Of a DNA stretch of 64,000 bases, positions 41,090 through 50,845 are shown one piece after another. The position numbers and the translations under genes are program-made. How positions within the stretch are numbered: the first letter of the stretch is position 1; each line of letters begins with the position of its first letter. The notes beneath the pieces are model-generated. The model did not search any database and was not told the origin of the DNA. It was given only the letters and a program-made list of their open reading frames with translations. This DNA is from Longimicrobiales bacterium (lineage in GTDB: Bacteria; Gemmatimonadota; Gemmatimonadetes; Longimicrobiales; Gaopeijiaceae): assembly GCA_965116905.1 (NCBI GenBank), contig OZ220732.1:64001-128000 (forward strand), in the 5' to 3' direction.

Positions 41090-42436
41090 TCAGCTCACGG
41101 GCCGGCGGATCGGACCGCGGTCCCAGTCCTGCACCGACGAGATGTTGGGCACGCCCCAGTCCTCGCCGTTCCAGCCGCTGAAGCCGTCCATGCGGAAGGT
41201 CCAGAGGCCGGTGGACATGTCGCTGACGACGATCAGGCCGTCGGCGTTGCGGACGTCGACCCCGAAGGCGCCGTTGAAGACGGGGGTGCGGTCACGGTTG
41301 GGCGGGCCGACGTAGGTGTCGTAGAAGCCGACCGTGACCGGGTTTTCGGGGTCCATGAGCGAGAAGATCTGCAGGCCGTCGAGGTAGCCCGAGGCGAAGA
41401 CGTAGGGCCAGCGGACCTCGTGGTTGTGGACCAGGTTCTGCCAGTCGGCGGTCCAGGCCGAGATGGGGGAGCGGATGTTGGTCACTTCGCCGTCGAGGGC
41501 GGGCTGGAGGTCGAAGATGCGGATCGGCGCGTACTGGTACTCGGTCTCGGCGACCACGTAGCGGCCGTCGGGGCTCGGGGTGAACGTGTGCCCGCCGCGC
41601 ACGCCGCTGACGCCCACCAGCGTGATCCTGAGCTCGGGGTTCTCGACGTCCGTGACGTCGTAGATGTAGTACCCGCCCGAGCCGCCGCCGTAGAACCGGT
41701 CCTCGCCGGTGTCGGGGTGGTATCCGACGTAGAAGTCGTGGTATCCGCGCCCGCCGCGGTTGAATTCGGTCTCGGGTACCGGCACCCGGCCGACGAGAGC
41801 GTTCTCAAGGTCGCCCTCGACCACCCGGCCGAGGTCGTAGACGTGGGCGAAGGGCCCGCTTACGGTCGAGAAGAGGAGAACCCGCGCGTCGGAGTGCTTG
41901 TAGACGAAAATGTTGTGGAACCCGCCCGGCAGGTCGGGCTCGCGGATCCGGGCCACCTCGCGGACGGTGGACGGATCGGGCAGGCCCGTGACGTCGAGCA
42001 CCACCGCGCCCATGTCGGTGTTGGGGCCGCCCTGTCCGAACTGCAGCGACTGCACCACGTAGTAGCGGTCGCCGATCTTGAAGTGCTTCACGTCCATGCC
42101 GCCGGTGCGCATGTGGAGGTCCTGGTTCTCGATCCTCCACTCGTAGATCACCTCGGGGTGCTCCGGGTCGGCGATCGAGACGATGTCGAGTCCCTTGGGG
42201 CCGACGTCGCCGTAGACCATCCGCGCGACGTACGCGTAGGGGCGGTCCAGCTCCTGCTCGATGTCCATGTCGGCCACCGACAGGCGCGGCCCCAGGGGGA
42301 TGTGCCCCAGGATGTCCATGTTGTCGCTGCCCGGCTTGGACGCCGTCCACTGGGCGTGGGCGGGCGGGGCCAGCGCGGAGAGGCCGGCAAGCAGGAAAAC
42401 AGCGGCGGTGAGTGCAGGGAGCGGACGACGGGACAT
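41090..42436 (-). CDS. LVIVD-repeat beta-propeller protein
   Basis: LDIVSIADPEHP, IYDVTDVENP, IFSLMDPENP repeats; signal peptide. Confidence 0.82.
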   Translation of the reverse strand: MSRRPLPALTAAVFLLAGLSALAPPAHAQWTASKPGSDNMDILGHIPLGPRLSVADMDIEQELDRPYAYVARMVYGDVGPKGLDIVSIADPEHPEVIYEWRIENQDLHMRTGGMDVKHFKIGDRYYVVQSLQFGQGGPNTDMGAVVLDVTGLPDPSTVREVARIREPDLPGGFHNIFVYKHSDARVLLFSTVSGPFAHVYDLGRVVEGDLENALVGRVPVPETEFNRGGRGYHDFYVGYHPDTGEDRFYGGGSGGYYIYDVTDVENPELRITLVGVSGVRGGHTFTPSPDGRYVVAETEYQYAPIRIFDLQPALDGEVTNIRSPISAWTADWQNLVHNHEVRWPYVFASGYLDGLQIFSLMDPENPVTVGFYDTYVGPPNRDRTPVFNGAFGVDVRNADGLIVVSDMSTGLWTFRMDGFSGWNGEDWGVPNISSVQDWDRGPIRRPVS

Positions 42437-42525
42437 GGCCTCAACCTCCAGGGAATTGGATCTCGCGTTGCAATCGGGTGCGTTGGTGAAAACTACGGGA
42501 GAGTGAGCGGGCGGAACAAGGAAGG

Positions 42526-43698
42526 CTAGCTCCCTACGATCTCCACCAGTTCCCGCAACCCGATCACTTCGATGCCGTCGCTGACAGGATATCGGTCATT
42601 CCCGGACCCGACCAGGTAGGTGCGGCTGGCCATGAGGTCCTTACGCGCGTGGTGGAGCCCCCGGCTGGGCGTGGGGGCCAGCCCGAGCTTGATCTCGATC
42701 GCCCATGGAGCTTCCTCACCGGGCAGACGGAGGACCAGATCCACTTCGGCGCCCGCCCGAGTCCGGTAGAACCCGGCGTGCGTTCCCGGAGGCGCGACCC
42801 CCAGCAGGTTCTCGATCACGAAGCCCTCCCAGCTGGAACCCGCGACGGGATGACCGGCCAGGGCATTGTAGTCGCGGATCTCGAGGAGAGCGTGCACCAG
42901 TCCGCTGTCTCGCACGTACACCTTCGGGGTCTTGATCAGGCGCTTCCGGACGTTTGTGCGGAATGGTTGCAGGCGACGGACCAGAAGGAGATCGACAAGC
43001 AGATCCACGTACCGTGAAATCGTGGAAGAACTGACCCCCAGGCTCCCTGCCAGCTTCGATGAGTTGAGCAGGCTGCCCTGGCTGTGGGCCAGCATCCGCC
43101 AGAGCCGTTCGATGGTTTCGGCGGGGAGCCGGACGCCAGCGAGGTCGGCGATGTCCCGGTGCAGGTACGTCTGGATGAAGTTTCGGCGAAACGCGGTGCT
43201 GTCCGCATCCGTCGCCGCCAGCAGGCTGTCGGGGAATCCCCCGCGGACCCAAAGGGAAAGGAGCGGCGGCGGTTCGTGCTCGATCTCCACAAGGTTGACG
43301 GGATTGAGACGGACGAACTCGATTCTCCCGGCCAGGGATTCCGACGACTGCCTGAGAAGGTCGATCGAGGCGGAACCCAGGATCAGGAATCGCCCGGTTC
43401 GCCGACCCCTCCGGCGCCCACGGTCGATCAGCCCACGCAAATCGCCAAACAGCTCCGGCGCCCGGTGGATCTCGTCGAGCACGACGAGGCGGTCCTCGAA
43501 CTGGCCAAGAAACAGATTCGGATCGGAAAGCTTGGCGCGATCGGTGCTGGACTCGAGGTCCAGATACAGGGCCTCTCGGGTTGCCGCGATTTCCAGGGCC
43601 AGTGTGGTCTTGCCGACCTGCCTGGGGCCGATCAGACCGACCGCAGCCTGGCGATCCAGTGCCGTCGTAACCGCCGAGAACGCAATTCTTGGTATCAT
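42526..43698 (-). CDS. AAA_14 ATPase with DUF4143
   Basis: GPRQVGKTT, VLDEIH, LGSAS, ESLAGR, YRTRAGAEVD. Confidence 0.92.
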   Translation of the reverse strand: MIPRIAFSAVTTALDRQAAVGLIGPRQVGKTTLALEIAATREALYLDLESSTDRAKLSDPNLFLGQFEDRLVVLDEIHRAPELFGDLRGLIDRGRRRGRRTGRFLILGSASIDLLRQSSESLAGRIEFVRLNPVNLVEIEHEPPPLLSLWVRGGFPDSLLAATDADSTAFRRNFIQTYLHRDIADLAGVRLPAETIERLWRMLAHSQGSLLNSSKLAGSLGVSSSTISRYVDLLVDLLLVRRLQPFRTNVRKRLIKTPKVYVRDSGLVHALLEIRDYNALAGHPVAGSSWEGFVIENLLGVAPPGTHAGFYRTRAGAEVDLVLRLPGEEAPWAIEIKLGLAPTPSRGLHHARKDLMASRTYLVGSGNDRYPVSDGIEVIGLRELVEIVGS

Positions 43699-43740
43699 CC
43701 TTGCTAATTTAGTATGGCATGCGTGATTAGCAAGGTTATA

Positions 43741-44337
43741 TCACCAAGGCAGCCGCTGCACCGCCATCCAGGCCGCCATGCCTCCGGTCACGGCCGACAG
43801 CACGACATTCCACCCCTTCTCCGACAGCGGCAGACTGCGCGTGGCCCCCAGCGCCAGCACCAGCACCGCCCCCGCAACCACGATCTGCCCGAGTTCGAGG
43901 CCGATGTTGAACGACAGCAGGGGCAGCAGCAGGTTGCGCTCCTCGCCCAGCACCAGGCGAAGGAAGCTGGAGAAGCCGAGGCCGTGGATGACGCCGAAGA
44001 CCAGGGCGAGCACATAGCGGGCGGGGCGCGCCGCGACCCGGTGCTCGGACGGATCCTCGCGCCGCACCGCCACAAGATTCGTCACCGCCGCGGCCACGAT
44101 CGTCACCGGGATCAGGAACTCCACGAGCCCCGTGTCGACCCGCACCAGCCGCAGCGTCGCCAGCGCCAGCGACACCGAATGCCCGACCGTGAAAGCGGTC
44201 ACCAGCACGAGCAGCTCGCGCCAGCGCGCCAGCGAATACGCCGCGCAGAGCGCCGCCAGGAAGAGGATGTGGTCGTACCCCTGGAGGTCGAGCAGGTGCT
44301 CGAAACCGAGGCGGAGATAGACGGTGAAGGTGGTCAT
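43741..44337 (-). CDS. HupE/UreJ family membrane protein
   Basis: GYDHILFL, TAFTVGHS, FGVIHGLGF, FNIGLELGQ. Confidence 0.9.
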   Translation of the reverse strand: MTTFTVYLRLGFEHLLDLQGYDHILFLAALCAAYSLARWRELLVLVTAFTVGHSVSLALATLRLVRVDTGLVEFLIPVTIVAAAVTNLVAVRREDPSEHRVAARPARYVLALVFGVIHGLGFSSFLRLVLGEERNLLLPLLSFNIGLELGQIVVAGAVLVLALGATRSLPLSEKGWNVVLSAVTGGMAAWMAVQRLPW

Positions 44338-45758
44338 GGGTCAGCGGTGGCAGGTGCGGTGCGGGTGCTGCGGCGGGAGGCGGCCCGGCGCCCGCGCGCG
44401 GCCCTTGCGGCGGCCCAGATCGCGCACCAGGCCAGCCATGACACGCGTTCGCGGAGTGTGAGGGTGCAGAAGTGCGACCACAACAGCAACGGGACGGTGG
44501 CCGCCAGCTTGACCGCCGACCCCTCGTGGTACGGCATCGTGCGTTCCACGACCGTCACCGCGCGGCGGCGCTCCCCGTGCAGCACCTCCTCGATCGCGCT
44601 GCCGAGTTCGTCCGGCGACATGTGGGGCCAGCCCGGGAGCCGCATCACGCTCCAGGCCGCGACGGCACGCCCCCATCCGTGGTTGTTCGAGCCGGCCACC
44701 ACGGCCAGATCCATGCTGTCGGCCAGAGCGAGGATCTCTTCCCGCTCGGCACGGCCCTGCTCGAGGCCGCGCGGCGCCCCGTCGCCGAGCTCCACGCCGA
44801 TCACGCCGGCCGGCGAGCCGGGCCCAAACGGCACGATCCGGTCGAGCGGGCCGGGGATCGTGTATAGCATGGTGGCGGGCCGGGCGCCGCGGTCGTGCGC
44901 GGCCGCGATCGAGTCCGGGTCGAGGTGGTGCCAGGTGCCGTCCAGCGCGAAGGCGTAGCGCGCGCGGTCCCCCAGGATGTTCGTGTGGCCGTCGCGCAGC
45001 CGCACCTCCATGCCGCTCAGCAGGACGGTGCGTCCGCCAGCGCGCCCGCCGGTACGCCCGCCCGCGAGCTCTGGGTTGGCGGGCAGGGCCTCGGCCACGC
45101 CCGCCCAGGTGTAGTGATCGGTGACGTAGGCCGCGTGGAAGCCGCCGGCCTCGTGCCACGCGCGGTTCCGGGCCGCCGTGAAGCGCGACCACCCGTCGTG
45201 GGAATGGTTGGTGTGCGAATGGAAGTCCACCGCGACGAGGTCGGGCGATGCCAGCCGGATCGCGGCCATGGGGCGCGGGACGAGAGCGGCCGCCGCGTAA
45301 AAGGCGAGCAGGGCGGCAAGGGCGGCTGCGGCGAGGAGGGCTTCCCGGATGAGGCGGCGGGGGAGCGGGGTGCGGGGGGCGGGGGTGCGGGGGGCGGGTG
45401 TGGGGGGGGCGGGGGTGCGCCGGGGCTGGGCCGCGCCGGGTTGGCGGGCCAGACCTGGTGGCCGGCGGCCAGGGGCACCCGCCGCGACGAGGCGGCCGGC
45501 CGCGTACAGCGCGATCAGGGTCGTCAGAACAGCGTAGTGCTGGCTGACCGTGAGCAGGGTCAGCGTGTCCCAGAGGCCGAAGAGGGGTGCGCCGAGGAGG
45601 TAGCCGGGCGGGTGGTGGAGGGTGGCGGGGGGGAAGGGTTGGAGGGTGGCGGCGTCGCGCAGCGCGGGAACCGCGAAGAGCGTGGAGAACACAACGAGGG
45701 CCGCGACCAGGAAGGGGCCGCGGAAACGTCGCACAGGCTTGCCGACCACGCGCTTCAT
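44334..45758 (-). CDS. Membrane-anchored PHP-domain phosphoesterase
   Basis: DFHSHTNHSHDG, VTDH, SGME, GSNNHG; several TMs. Confidence 0.8.
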   Translation of the reverse strand: MKRVVGKPVRRFRGPFLVAALVVFSTLFAVPALRDAATLQPFPPATLHHPPGYLLGAPLFGLWDTLTLLTVSQHYAVLTTLIALYAAGRLVAAGAPGRRPPGLARQPGAAQPRRTPAPPTPAPRTPAPRTPLPRRLIREALLAAAALAALLAFYAAAALVPRPMAAIRLASPDLVAVDFHSHTNHSHDGWSRFTAARNRAWHEAGGFHAAYVTDHYTWAGVAEALPANPELAGGRTGGRAGGRTVLLSGMEVRLRDGHTNILGDRARYAFALDGTWHHLDPDSIAAAHDRGARPATMLYTIPGPLDRIVPFGPGSPAGVIGVELGDGAPRGLEQGRAEREEILALADSMDLAVVAGSNNHGWGRAVAAWSVMRLPGWPHMSPDELGSAIEEVLHGERRRAVTVVERTMPYHEGSAVKLAATVPLLLWSHFCTLTLRERVSWLAWCAIWAAARAARGRRAASRRSTRTAPATADP

Positions 45759-47050
45759 CGCACCGTGGTCGCCAGTCGCGACGCGCGTTCGCCGACGAGT
45801 TCGGCCTGGCTCACAAGAGCCTCTTCGCCGATTCCCGGGAGCGCGAGTTCCTCCGCCACTGCCCTGGCTCGCCGGCTCGCCAGATCACACAACTCCCGCA
45901 CTCGTCGCCGGACAAAGGGCGGTGCCATGCCGCACCGTCTGGCGAACCGGTCCCAATCGATTCGGCGCAACTCTGCCAGCGTACGGCGACCCGCGATGTT
46001 CATCGCGAACCTTGGCGTATAACGTGGATAGGCAACGGTCGACAGCAGGTCGTAGAGCGGTGCCAGTCCTACCTCGCCCTCCGGTCCTCTGAGGAGACTG
46101 TAGTTCTTGCCGTGGGCATCCGCGTTGCCCAGCAACACGTGAACGATCGCTGCATCGAGCAACCCGAGCACAGCAACCGCGGGACGGGTACACACCCTTC
46201 GCACCAGATCGAAGCACTCCGGGAATCCGGGCCCGCCGTCCGAGGCATACTTCCTCTGGGGTACAAACCCGAGAGCCTGGCAGAAGTCCTCCTGGTGGAG
46301 CCGTTCCACCGTGCCATCCGGAGCGGTTCGCCGGTCGTAGCGTTCCACCAGCAGGTAGGTGCTGTCCGCCACAACCGCGGGTCGCACCGGTGCGACCTTC
46401 AATCCCATCCGTGACGCAAGGCGCATCGCGAACGCCTCGTTTTCGGTGGGATGGTCGAGGCCGGGGATTGGCGGCTTCAGGATGTGCGTGGTGGGCTGGC
46501 CAGGGACGGGAAGGGCGACACGCTCATCGGCCAGCACGACCGGAAGTTTGGATTGGGCTCCGGCCAGTGACATCCGCAAGCCTTCCCCCGGGGCGTCTGC
46601 CAGCCCCTCGTATTCCTGTCCGAGGCCGGCGAGAAACGGCCGCGTGCGGATCGTCTCCAGGAGAAGCAGCAGCTCGTCGTCCAGGAGTGGCACGGGCTCG
46701 GATTCCGCCGGAGCCTCGGGCGGTTCCTCGTTGTCAGACAGCAGGGTGAGTGCACCCGCCAACTCTGCACCCAATCCGGCCAGAATGCGGAAGGTGTTGG
46801 TAGGCGAAACCCCGAGTGCGACGGCAACGGCATCGCGTTGCGCGCCTTCAGGCAAGAGCCCCTCGAAAAACGGCAGGCAAAGCCGCGTACTGAAGCTCTC
46901 CGGTCGCTTGGGCAAGGAGAACGAAATGGGCGGCGCCGACCCGTCTTCGATCCACCCGCTGTCGTAGGTGAAACGCATCGCGCCATGTCGATCCAAAGCG
47001 AGTCGGCCGACTGTCGTCCCGGCCCACCAGACGGTCAGCGATCGACTCAC
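45755..47050 (-). CDS. hipA: HipA family kinase toxin
   Basis: SLAGAQSK, HILKP, HQEDFCQ, GNADAHGKN, LAPLYDL; GTGA overlap with hipB. Confidence 0.93.
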   Translation of the reverse strand: MSRSLTVWWAGTTVGRLALDRHGAMRFTYDSGWIEDGSAPPISFSLPKRPESFSTRLCLPFFEGLLPEGAQRDAVAVALGVSPTNTFRILAGLGAELAGALTLLSDNEEPPEAPAESEPVPLLDDELLLLLETIRTRPFLAGLGQEYEGLADAPGEGLRMSLAGAQSKLPVVLADERVALPVPGQPTTHILKPPIPGLDHPTENEAFAMRLASRMGLKVAPVRPAVVADSTYLLVERYDRRTAPDGTVERLHQEDFCQALGFVPQRKYASDGGPGFPECFDLVRRVCTRPAVAVLGLLDAAIVHVLLGNADAHGKNYSLLRGPEGEVGLAPLYDLLSTVAYPRYTPRFAMNIAGRRTLAELRRIDWDRFARRCGMAPPFVRRRVRELCDLASRRARAVAEELALPGIGEEALVSQAELVGERASRLATTVR

Positions 47051-47349
47051 TCGGACGACCACGCCGGTCGCCGGCCGGCACCGGTCGGGGCCACCGATCG
47101 ATGCCCGGCCTCCTCACTTGACGCTGCCGCGGCCGATTCCGCCTCGACCCGGGGCATCTCAACGCGCAAAGTGCAACCGAGCGCATCGAGCACGGTGATG
47201 ACTTTCTCAAGCCGAACCGTCGTCTTGCCCCGCTCCAGCTCGGACAGGAATCGGACCCCCACCCCTGCGGCGCCGGCCAACTGATCCTGACGGAGGCCCT
47301 GTGCCCGTCTGGCAGCCCGTACGATGCGTCCGATTTCCGCAGGCGTCAT
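47047..47349 (-). CDS. hipB: HipB-like HTH antitoxin
   Basis: GLRQDQLAGAAGVGVRFLSELERGK. Confidence 0.9.
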   Translation of the reverse strand: MTPAEIGRIVRAARRAQGLRQDQLAGAAGVGVRFLSELERGKTTVRLEKVITVLDALGCTLRVEMPRVEAESAAAASSEEAGHRSVAPTGAGRRPAWSSE

Positions 47350-47360
47350 TTGGTAGGTCC

Positions 47361-47477
47361 TTTCCCGAACGGGAAAGATTGTTGCGCTGATAGCCCAAGT
47401 CAACCCTGAGGTTTCCCGAACGGGAAAACCCTACCGGCGACTCGGCGAATCACAGCCGGACTTGCCCGAACGGGAAA
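47361..47477. promoter_or_regulatory. Three palindromic operators of hipBA
   Basis: TTTCCCGAACGGGAAA at 47361 and 47412; TTGCCCGAACGGGAAA at 47462. Confidence 0.85.
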
Positions 47478-47564
47478 ACCGGCTCGCTCGACCTCCGATG
47501 GCCTCCTCGGCCTCCTCGGCCTCCTGGTGGTCGGAAGCCTCCGGCAATCGGCCCCCGCTCCCTC

Positions 47565-49820
47565 TCACCTCGCAAACGTATGCGAGTACTTCACCAGCAG
47601 CGCCCGTCCGGATGACAGGGGGCGACGCGGGCCCAGCCCGTCGTCGCGCACGTTGTTGAAGCCCTCGTTGTACACGATCCAGAGGTCGGTGCCCTCGCGG
47701 AAGTGATAGCGGAAGCGCACGTTCAGGCTCGTCTGGTCGGTGGCGCCGTTGTACTGGCCGAAGGTGCTCATCGACACCTTGGGGTTCAGCGCCGTCTTGA
47801 CTCTCAGGCTTCCCAGCTGGGCGGTGGTGGCGACCCTCCGGTCGGCGAAGTTCAGGCGGTTGACCTCGTAGCCCGCCTCCAGTTCCAGGTATTTCGACAC
47901 GACCCAGACGGGCTTCAGCGACAGCCTGACCCGGGTGCCGTCGTAGAAGCTTCCCACCGAGGCCTCGAAGTCGCCCCTGAGGAGGTCGCTGCGCGGGAAT
48001 CTGAGCGTGGAGGTCAGTTCGTGGAACCAGTACTCGCCCGCCGGAATCACCACGTCCGAGATCGGGAACGCATGTTGCACGCTCTCGAAGCTCGACAGCG
48101 TCCCCAGGGTCAGGTTGGACCCGTCCCGGAAATCGAACTCGAGCTCCGGCTTGATCTCGCGGGACTCGGCCGTCCGGTCCGCGTTGCGGAAGTACTGGGC
48201 CGTGCTGATCTGGAGCGCGCGAGCGAGGAGCGGCGATGAGTCGTCCCGCAACTGCCGGTAGCGCAGCTGGGCGCCCCCGTAGGTGAAGTCCTTTCGCAGC
48301 TGAAACCCCAGGCCCGGCAGGTAGTCCTCGCCAACCCGGATCCCCTCGGCGTAGTACGAGAACCCCTCGTCGCGGCGTCGCTCCAGACGGACCCGCCCGA
48401 GGCCCGACTCCAGCCCGCCCGCCTGATCGGCCGCTTCGTCGAAGGTGTGGGCCCACTGGACGATCAGGTATTCGTAGCCGAACCACCGTATGACGGCGTC
48501 AAGGCCGAAGGCGGTGTTGTTGCGCCCGGATGACCCGAGGCGCGTGGTCAGCATCCCGCCGACGCTCGAAAAGTCGTCGATGACCTGCTGGCGCAGCCGA
48601 AACACGCCGACGTTTTCGGACGACAGGTCGCCGTGCGCGGCGGTCTGCATGCTCAGGAAGCCGAAGTCGGTTCCGGCCCAGCGCCCCACGGCCCGCGCTC
48701 CCCCGTAGATGCGCACGATCTCGCCCTGGTCCAGCCCGATCCGGCGGCTGTGGAAGAGCCGGTTGAACATCCCGCCCGTGTTGAAGTCGAAGGTCGAGGC
48801 ACGCTCCTGGAAGAACTGCCGCTTCTCGGGGAAAAACAGCGCGAAGCGGGTCAGGTTGATCTGCTGGTCGTCGGCCTCGACCTGCGCGAAGTCGGTGTTG
48901 AGGGTGAGGTCGAGCGCGAGGTTCGAGGTGGGCGAGTACTTCAGGTCGAGCCCCGCCTCGGTGGTGGGATCGCGCTCGCTCCGCCATTCGGCCCGCGGCA
49001 CGTCCGGCGGCTCGGCGAGCACCGGATTCTGCTTGAAGCCGCCAAGCGTAAACGGGGTCAGGTACACCGGCGCGGACTGTTGCACATCGCGGAGCACTAC
49101 GCGCTGCGCTCGCGACGGCTTGGCGAACCCCAGACGTCCCCACCTGGGCTCGATCGGCGGAAAGGTCTGACGCTCGTTCTTGCGGGCCACCGCGCGGTAG
49201 AGGATCAGCCCCATCTCCACCTCGTTCCCGGTGACCTGGAAGCCCAGCGTCGAGAACGGAATCCGGAACTCGGCGAACCACCCCTCTTCGGTCTGCGTGG
49301 TGACCACGTCCCAGTAGGAATTCCAGTCCCAGCTCATCGGCATGCCGTTGGTGAACTCGGCGTCGTTCGAGATCGTCCGGTCCTGGCGCACCCCCGACGG
49401 GTTCACGGTGAACCAGACCGCGGTCTCGTAGTCGTTGTAGCTGTCGATGATCACCGACAGGATGTCATCGCCGCTGTACTGGTCGCGGTAGAACGTCCCC
49501 GTTCGGATGCCGTCGGGGTCGGAGTCCCACATCCGTCCCGCGACGTAGAGGTAGCTGTCGTCGTGCGCCACCCACACCTCCGTCCGCTCCGTGAGCGCCC
49601 CGCCGAAGTTGGGCTGGTACATGTACATGTCGAATGGCGCGAGTTCGTCCCACGCCGCCTCGTCCACGACGCCGTCCAGCACGATCTCGCCCGGAAGGCG
49701 GGGAATCGTGATCGGGGAGTCGGGTGAGTGTTGCAGAGGGCGGAGTTGGCCGTGAAGGCCGCCCGTCGTCGCGAGGACTGCGACCAGGCCTGCGCCCGTC
49801 AGGAGGGAGCTTCGAGTCAT
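47565..49820 (-). CDS. CBM9-like/DUF5916 outer-membrane protein
   Basis: LDGVVDEAAW, AEFRIPFSTL, NTDFAQVEAD, FFPEKRQFFQE, SRRIG. Confidence 0.85.
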   Translation of the reverse strand: MTRSSLLTGAGLVAVLATTGGLHGQLRPLQHSPDSPITIPRLPGEIVLDGVVDEAAWDELAPFDMYMYQPNFGGALTERTEVWVAHDDSYLYVAGRMWDSDPDGIRTGTFYRDQYSGDDILSVIIDSYNDYETAVWFTVNPSGVRQDRTISNDAEFTNGMPMSWDWNSYWDVVTTQTEEGWFAEFRIPFSTLGFQVTGNEVEMGLILYRAVARKNERQTFPPIEPRWGRLGFAKPSRAQRVVLRDVQQSAPVYLTPFTLGGFKQNPVLAEPPDVPRAEWRSERDPTTEAGLDLKYSPTSNLALDLTLNTDFAQVEADDQQINLTRFALFFPEKRQFFQERASTFDFNTGGMFNRLFHSRRIGLDQGEIVRIYGGARAVGRWAGTDFGFLSMQTAAHGDLSSENVGVFRLRQQVIDDFSSVGGMLTTRLGSSGRNNTAFGLDAVIRWFGYEYLIVQWAHTFDEAADQAGGLESGLGRVRLERRRDEGFSYYAEGIRVGEDYLPGLGFQLRKDFTYGGAQLRYRQLRDDSSPLLARALQISTAQYFRNADRTAESREIKPELEFDFRDGSNLTLGTLSSFESVQHAFPISDVVIPAGEYWFHELTSTLRFPRSDLLRGDFEASVGSFYDGTRVRLSLKPVWVVSKYLELEAGYEVNRLNFADRRVATTAQLGSLRVKTALNPKVSMSTFGQYNGATDQTSLNVRFRYHFREGTDLWIVYNEGFNNVRDDGLGPRRPLSSGRALLVKYSHTFAR

Positions 49821-49923
49821 TGTCGCGTGTGGCTGACCGCCCTGGGGGTCGGGGTTGGCGCGGCGACGCGTGGGACCGGTCGGCCCCGAAGAACGCTTCC
49901 GCGCACTTGTGATAACATACCTC

Positions 49924-50724
49924 ATGACCCACATCCACCATGAAACTGTTGTGGCGCCCGGCGCCGCGCCGACCAGGCGACTGCTCGTGCTGCATGGCAT
50001 CTACGGGGCCGGCAGGAACTGGGGCAGCGTCGCGCGGCGGCTCGTCAGGGCGCGGCCCGAGTGGAGCGTGGTGCTGGTGGATCTGCGCTCGCACGGGCGG
50101 TCGCCACGGCTGTCACCGCACACGGTCGAAGCCTGCGCGCGCGACCTGGTGCGGCTGGAGGACGACGTGGGCCGCCGGGCGGATGCCGTGCTGGGACACT
50201 CGTTCGGGGGGAAGGTCGCGCTGGTGTATGCACGGCTGCGGCCCCTTCGCCAACTGTGGGTCGTCGATGCCTCACCCGGAGCGGGCCGGGCCGGTGGCAG
50301 CGCATGGCGGATGCTGGGCGTGCTCAGGCGGCATCCGGGCCCGTTCGGCAGCCGCGCCGAGGCGGTCGCCGCCGTCGAGTCCGAGGGGTTCTCGACCCTC
50401 GTAGCCAAATGGATGGCCACCAACGCCGTGCCGACGGACAACGGGCTGGAGTGGCGCCTCGATGCGGACGAAATGGAGGCCTACCTGCGGGACTACTTCC
50501 GCACGGATGTGTGGGACGTGGCGCTGAACCCGACGGCCGGGACCGATGTCCACTTCGTGAGGGCGCTGGGGTCGCGGGTGCTGGACGAGGTGGCGGTGGC
50601 CCGGATCCGCGAGGCGGTTGGCGACGATCGCCATGTGTGCCTGCACGAGGTGGAGGGCGGGCACTGGGTCAATACCGAGAACCCGGACGCGCTGCACGAG
50701 TTGCTGGTGGCGGGGCTGGACTGA
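49924..50724 (+). CDS. Alpha/beta hydrolase (YbfF/ABHD11-like esterase)
   Basis: LHGIYG..RNW, DLRSHGRS, GHSFGGK, GHWV. Confidence 0.88.
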   Translation: MTHIHHETVVAPGAAPTRRLLVLHGIYGAGRNWGSVARRLVRARPEWSVVLVDLRSHGRSPRLSPHTVEACARDLVRLEDDVGRRADAVLGHSFGGKVALVYARLRPLRQLWVVDASPGAGRAGGSAWRMLGVLRRHPGPFGSRAEAVAAVESEGFSTLVAKWMATNAVPTDNGLEWRLDADEMEAYLRDYFRTDVWDVALNPTAGTDVHFVRALGSRVLDEVAVARIREAVGDDRHVCLHEVEGGHWVNTENPDALHELLVAGLD

Positions 50725-50756
50725 AGGCCTACAGCTTCCCGGCGCGGGCTACCGCA

Positions 50757-50795
50757 AAAGCGAGGGCCCCCGCGCCGGCATCGGCGCGGGGGCCC
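50757..50795 (-). terminator. Rho-independent terminator-like hairpin
   Basis: GGGCCCCCGCGCCG-gcat-CGGCGCGGGGGCCC followed by TTTT on the minus strand, between convergent genes. Confidence 0.7.
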
Positions 50796-50845
50796 CTGAG
50801 TCCCGCGACGACCCGGCTGCCGCCAGGTCATCGCCGCCCTTCAGT

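Noticed and set aside
47361..47477. Regularly spaced palindromes as a mini-CRISPR
   Set aside because: Only three 16-bp units, no cas genes, and their position before hipB fits operators
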